Position numbers and translations under genes: made by a program. This document shows, piece by piece, positions 8,440-10,601 of a DNA stretch of 10,601 bases. Source of the DNA: a virus; the UHGV virus genome UHGV-1629802; one strand, written 5' to 3'. The notes under the pieces were generated by a model. That model made no database searches, was not told the DNA's origin, and saw only the letters and a list, made by a program, of their open reading frames with translations. Each line of letters opens with the position of its first letter. The first letter of the stretch is position 1.

Positions 8440-10601
8440 ACCGGTAGGCGATCTGGTCGTTGATTTAAGTCTGGATGCGGCCAGATTTGACGAGCAGATG
8501 GCCAGAGTCAGGCGTCATTTTTCCGGTACGGAAACTGATGCGAAAAAAACAGCGGCAGTCGTTGAACAGTCGCTGAGCCGACAGGCGCTGGCTGCACAGA
8601 AAGCGGGGATTTCCGTCGGGCAGTATAAAGCCGCCATGCGTATGCTGCCTGCACAGTTCACCGACGTGGCCACGCAGCTTGCAGGCGGGCAAAGCCCGTG
8701 GCTGATCCTGCTGCAACAGGGTGGTCAGGTTAAGGACTCCTTCGGCGGGATGATCCCCATGTTCCGGGGGCTTGCCGGTGCGATCACCCTGCCGATGGTC
8801 GGGGCCACCTCGCTGGCGGTGGCGACCGGTGCGCTGGCGTATGCCTGGTATCAGGGTAACTCAACCCTGTCCGATTTCAACAAAACGCTGGTCCTTTCCG
8901 GTAATCAGTCGGGTCTGACGGCAGATCGTATGCTGGTCCTGTCCAGAGCCGGGCAGGCGGCAGGGCTGACGTTTAACCAGACCAGCGAGTCACTCAGTGC
9001 ACTGGTTAAGGCGGGGGTAAGCGGTGAGGCTCAGATTGCGTCCATCAGCCAGAGTGTGGCGCGTTTCTCTTCTGCATCCGGCGTGGAGGTGGACAAGGTC
9101 GCTGAAGCCTTCGGGAAGCTGACCACTGACCCGACGTCGGGGCTGACGGCGATGGCGCGCCAGTTCCATAACGTGACGGCGGAGCAGATTGCGTATGTTG
9201 CTCAGTTGCAGCGTTCCGGCGATGAAGCCGGGGCATTGCAGGCGGCGAACGAGGCCGCAACGAAAGGGTTTGATGACCAGACCCGACGCCTGAAAGAGAA
9301 CATGGGCACGCTGGAAACCTGGGCAGACAGGACAGCACGGGCATTCAAATCCATGTGGGATGCGGTGCTGGATATTGGTCGTCCTGATACCGCTCAGGAG
9401 ATGCTGATTAAGGCAGAGGCTGCGTTTAAGAAAGCGGACGACATCTGGAATCTGCGCAAGGATGATTATTTTGTTAACGATGAAGCGCGGGCGCGTTACT
9501 GGGATGATCGTGAAAAGGCCCGTCTTGCGCTTGAAGCCGCCCGAAAGAAGGCTGAGCAGCAGAGTCAACAGGACAAAAATGCGCAGCAGCAGAGCGATAC
9601 CGAAGCGTCACGGCTGAAATATACCGAAGAGGCACAGAAGGCTTACGAACGCCTGCAGACACCGCTGGAGAAATATACCGCCCGTCAGGAGGAACTGAAC
9701 AAGGCACTGAAAGACGGGAAAATCCTGCAGGCAGATTACAACACGCTGATGGCGGCGGCGAAAAAGGATTATGAAGCGACGCTGAAAAAGCCGAAACAGT
9801 CCGGCGTGAAGGTGTCTGCGGGCGATCGTCAGGAAGACAGTGCTCATGCTGCCCTGCTGACGCTTCAGGCTGAACTCCGGACGCTGGAGAAGCATGCCGG
9901 AGCAAATGAGAAAATCAGCCAGCAGCGCCGGGATTTGTGGAAGGCGGAGAGTCAGTTCGCGGTACTGGAGGAGGCGGTGCAACGTCGCCAGCTGTCTGCA
10001 CAGGAGAAATCCCTGCTGGCGCATAAAGATGAGACGCTGGAGTACAAACGCCAGCTGGCTGCACTTGGCGACAAGGTTACGTATCAGGAGCGCCTGAACG
10101 CGCTGGCGCAGCAGGCGGATAAATTCGCACAGCAGCAACGGGCAAAACGGGCCGCTATTGATGCGAAAAGCCGGGGGCTGACTGACCGGCAGGCAGAACG
10201 GGAAGCCACGGAACAGCGCCTGAAGGAACAGTATGGCGATAATCCTCTGGCGCTGAATAACGTCATGTCAGAGCAGAAAAAGACCTGGGCGGCTGAAGAC
10301 CTGCTTCGCGGGAACTGGATGGCAGGCCTCAGGTCCGGCTGGAGCGAGTGGAAAGAGAGTGCCACGGACAGTATGTCGCAGGTTAAAAGTGCTGCCACGC
10401 AGACCTTTGATGGTATTGCGCAGAATATGGCGGCGATGCTGACCGGCAGTGAACAGAACTGGCGCAGCTTCACCCGTTCCGTGCTGTCCATGATGACAGA
10501 AATTCTGCTTAAGCAGGCAATGGTGGGGATTGTCGGGAGTATCGGCAGCGCCATTGGCGGGGCTGTTGGTGGCGGAGCATCCGCGTCAGGCGGTACAGCC
10601 A
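8432..10601 (+). CDS. H: Tail tape-measure protein gpH, N-terminal ~723 codons (3' end lies outside the window)
   Basis: ATG at 8432 preceded by GGAGGAG at 8418-8424. I translated the frame by hand to the window end and found no stop: MAEPVGDLVVDLSLDAARFDEQMARVRRHFSGTE...ILLKQAMVGIVGSIGSAIGGAVGGGASASGGTA. This is recognised as lambda gpH. It is absent from the supplied ORF track, presumably because it lacks a stop. The start overlaps the T 3' end by 8 nt. Confidence 0.92.
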   Translation, partial: MAEPVGDLVVDLSLDAARFDEQMARVRRHFSGTETDAKKTAAVVEQSLSRQALAAQKAGISVGQYKAAMRMLPAQFTDVATQLAGGQSPWLILLQQGGQVKDSFGGMIPMFRGLAGAITLPMVGATSLAVATGALAYAWYQGNSTLSDFNKTLVLSGNQSGLTADRMLVLSRAGQAAGLTFNQTSESLSALVKAGVSGEAQIASISQSVARFSSASGVEVDKVAEAFGKLTTDPTSGLTAMARQFHNVTAEQIAYVAQLQRSGDEAGALQAANEAATKGFDDQTRRLKENMGTLETWADRTARAFKSMWDAVLDIGRPDTAQEMLIKAEAAFKKADDIWNLRKDDYFVNDEARARYWDDREKARLALEAARKKAEQQSQQDKNAQQQSDTEASRLKYTEEAQKAYERLQTPLEKYTARQEELNKALKDGKILQADYNTLMAAAKKDYEATLKKPKQSGVKVSAGDRQEDSAHAALLTLQAELRTLEKHAGANEKISQQRRDLWKAESQFAVLEEAVQRRQLSAQEKSLLAHKDETLEYKRQLAALGDKVTYQERLNALAQQADKFAQQQRAKRAAIDAKSRGLTDRQAEREATEQRLKEQYGDNPLALNNVMSEQKKTWAAEDLLRGNWMAGLRSGWSEWKESATDSMSQVKSAATQTFDGIAQNMAAMLTGSEQNWRSFTRSVLSMMTEILLKQAMVGIVGSIGSAIGGAVGGGASASGGTA

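Noticed and set aside
8560-8566. Poly-A runs inside coding sequence (A7 at about 8560-8566 in H and at about 324-330 in A) as possible additional slippery sites
   Set aside because: There is no downstream alternate-frame ORF of meaningful length and no known recoding at these positions. Only the GGGAAAG site at 7999-8005 has the right context.
8990-10554. Cluster of minus-strand ORFs (8990..9568, 9045..9344, 9474..9905, 9608..10138, 10084..10554) plus + ORF 9894..10097
   Set aside because: All are antisense or out of frame relative to the intact H tape-measure frame (8432 onward). Their prominence in the track only reflects the H ORF being omitted for lack of a stop.
10540-10601. Gly/Ala/Ser-rich low-complexity stretch at the window end (GSIGSAIGGAVGGGASASGG)
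   Set aside because: It is part of the H reading frame and codon-phased, consistent with a flexible segment of gpH. It is not a DNA repeat or a CRISPR-like array.

Overview
This window is the late morphogenesis (head and tail) operon of bacteriophage lambda, or a near-identical lambdoid phage or prophage, all on the + strand. It runs from the 3' end of terminase large subunit gene A through W, B, C (with nested nu3), D, E, FI, FII, Z, U, V, G, the G-T frameshift fusion, and the first ~723 codons of tape-measure gene H, which is open to the window edge. Gene order, overlaps and protein sequences match what I recognise from lambda, so this is a well-described region and I see no evidence of a novel system. 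The points worth a second look are: (1) bases 1-23 are a Nextera/Tn5 mosaic-end adapter remnant, not phage DNA; (2) H is missing from the supplied ORF track because it has no stop in the window; (3) two terminator-like hairpins sit in the D-E and E-FI gaps; (4) the G/G-T slippery heptamer is present; (5) there may be small differences from reference lambda, which I cannot confirm without alignment. Several ORF-track starts are upstream over-extensions, and I moved them to the starts supported by Shine-Dalgarno spacing and lambda knowledge. All antisense and alternate-frame ORFs are judged spurious.
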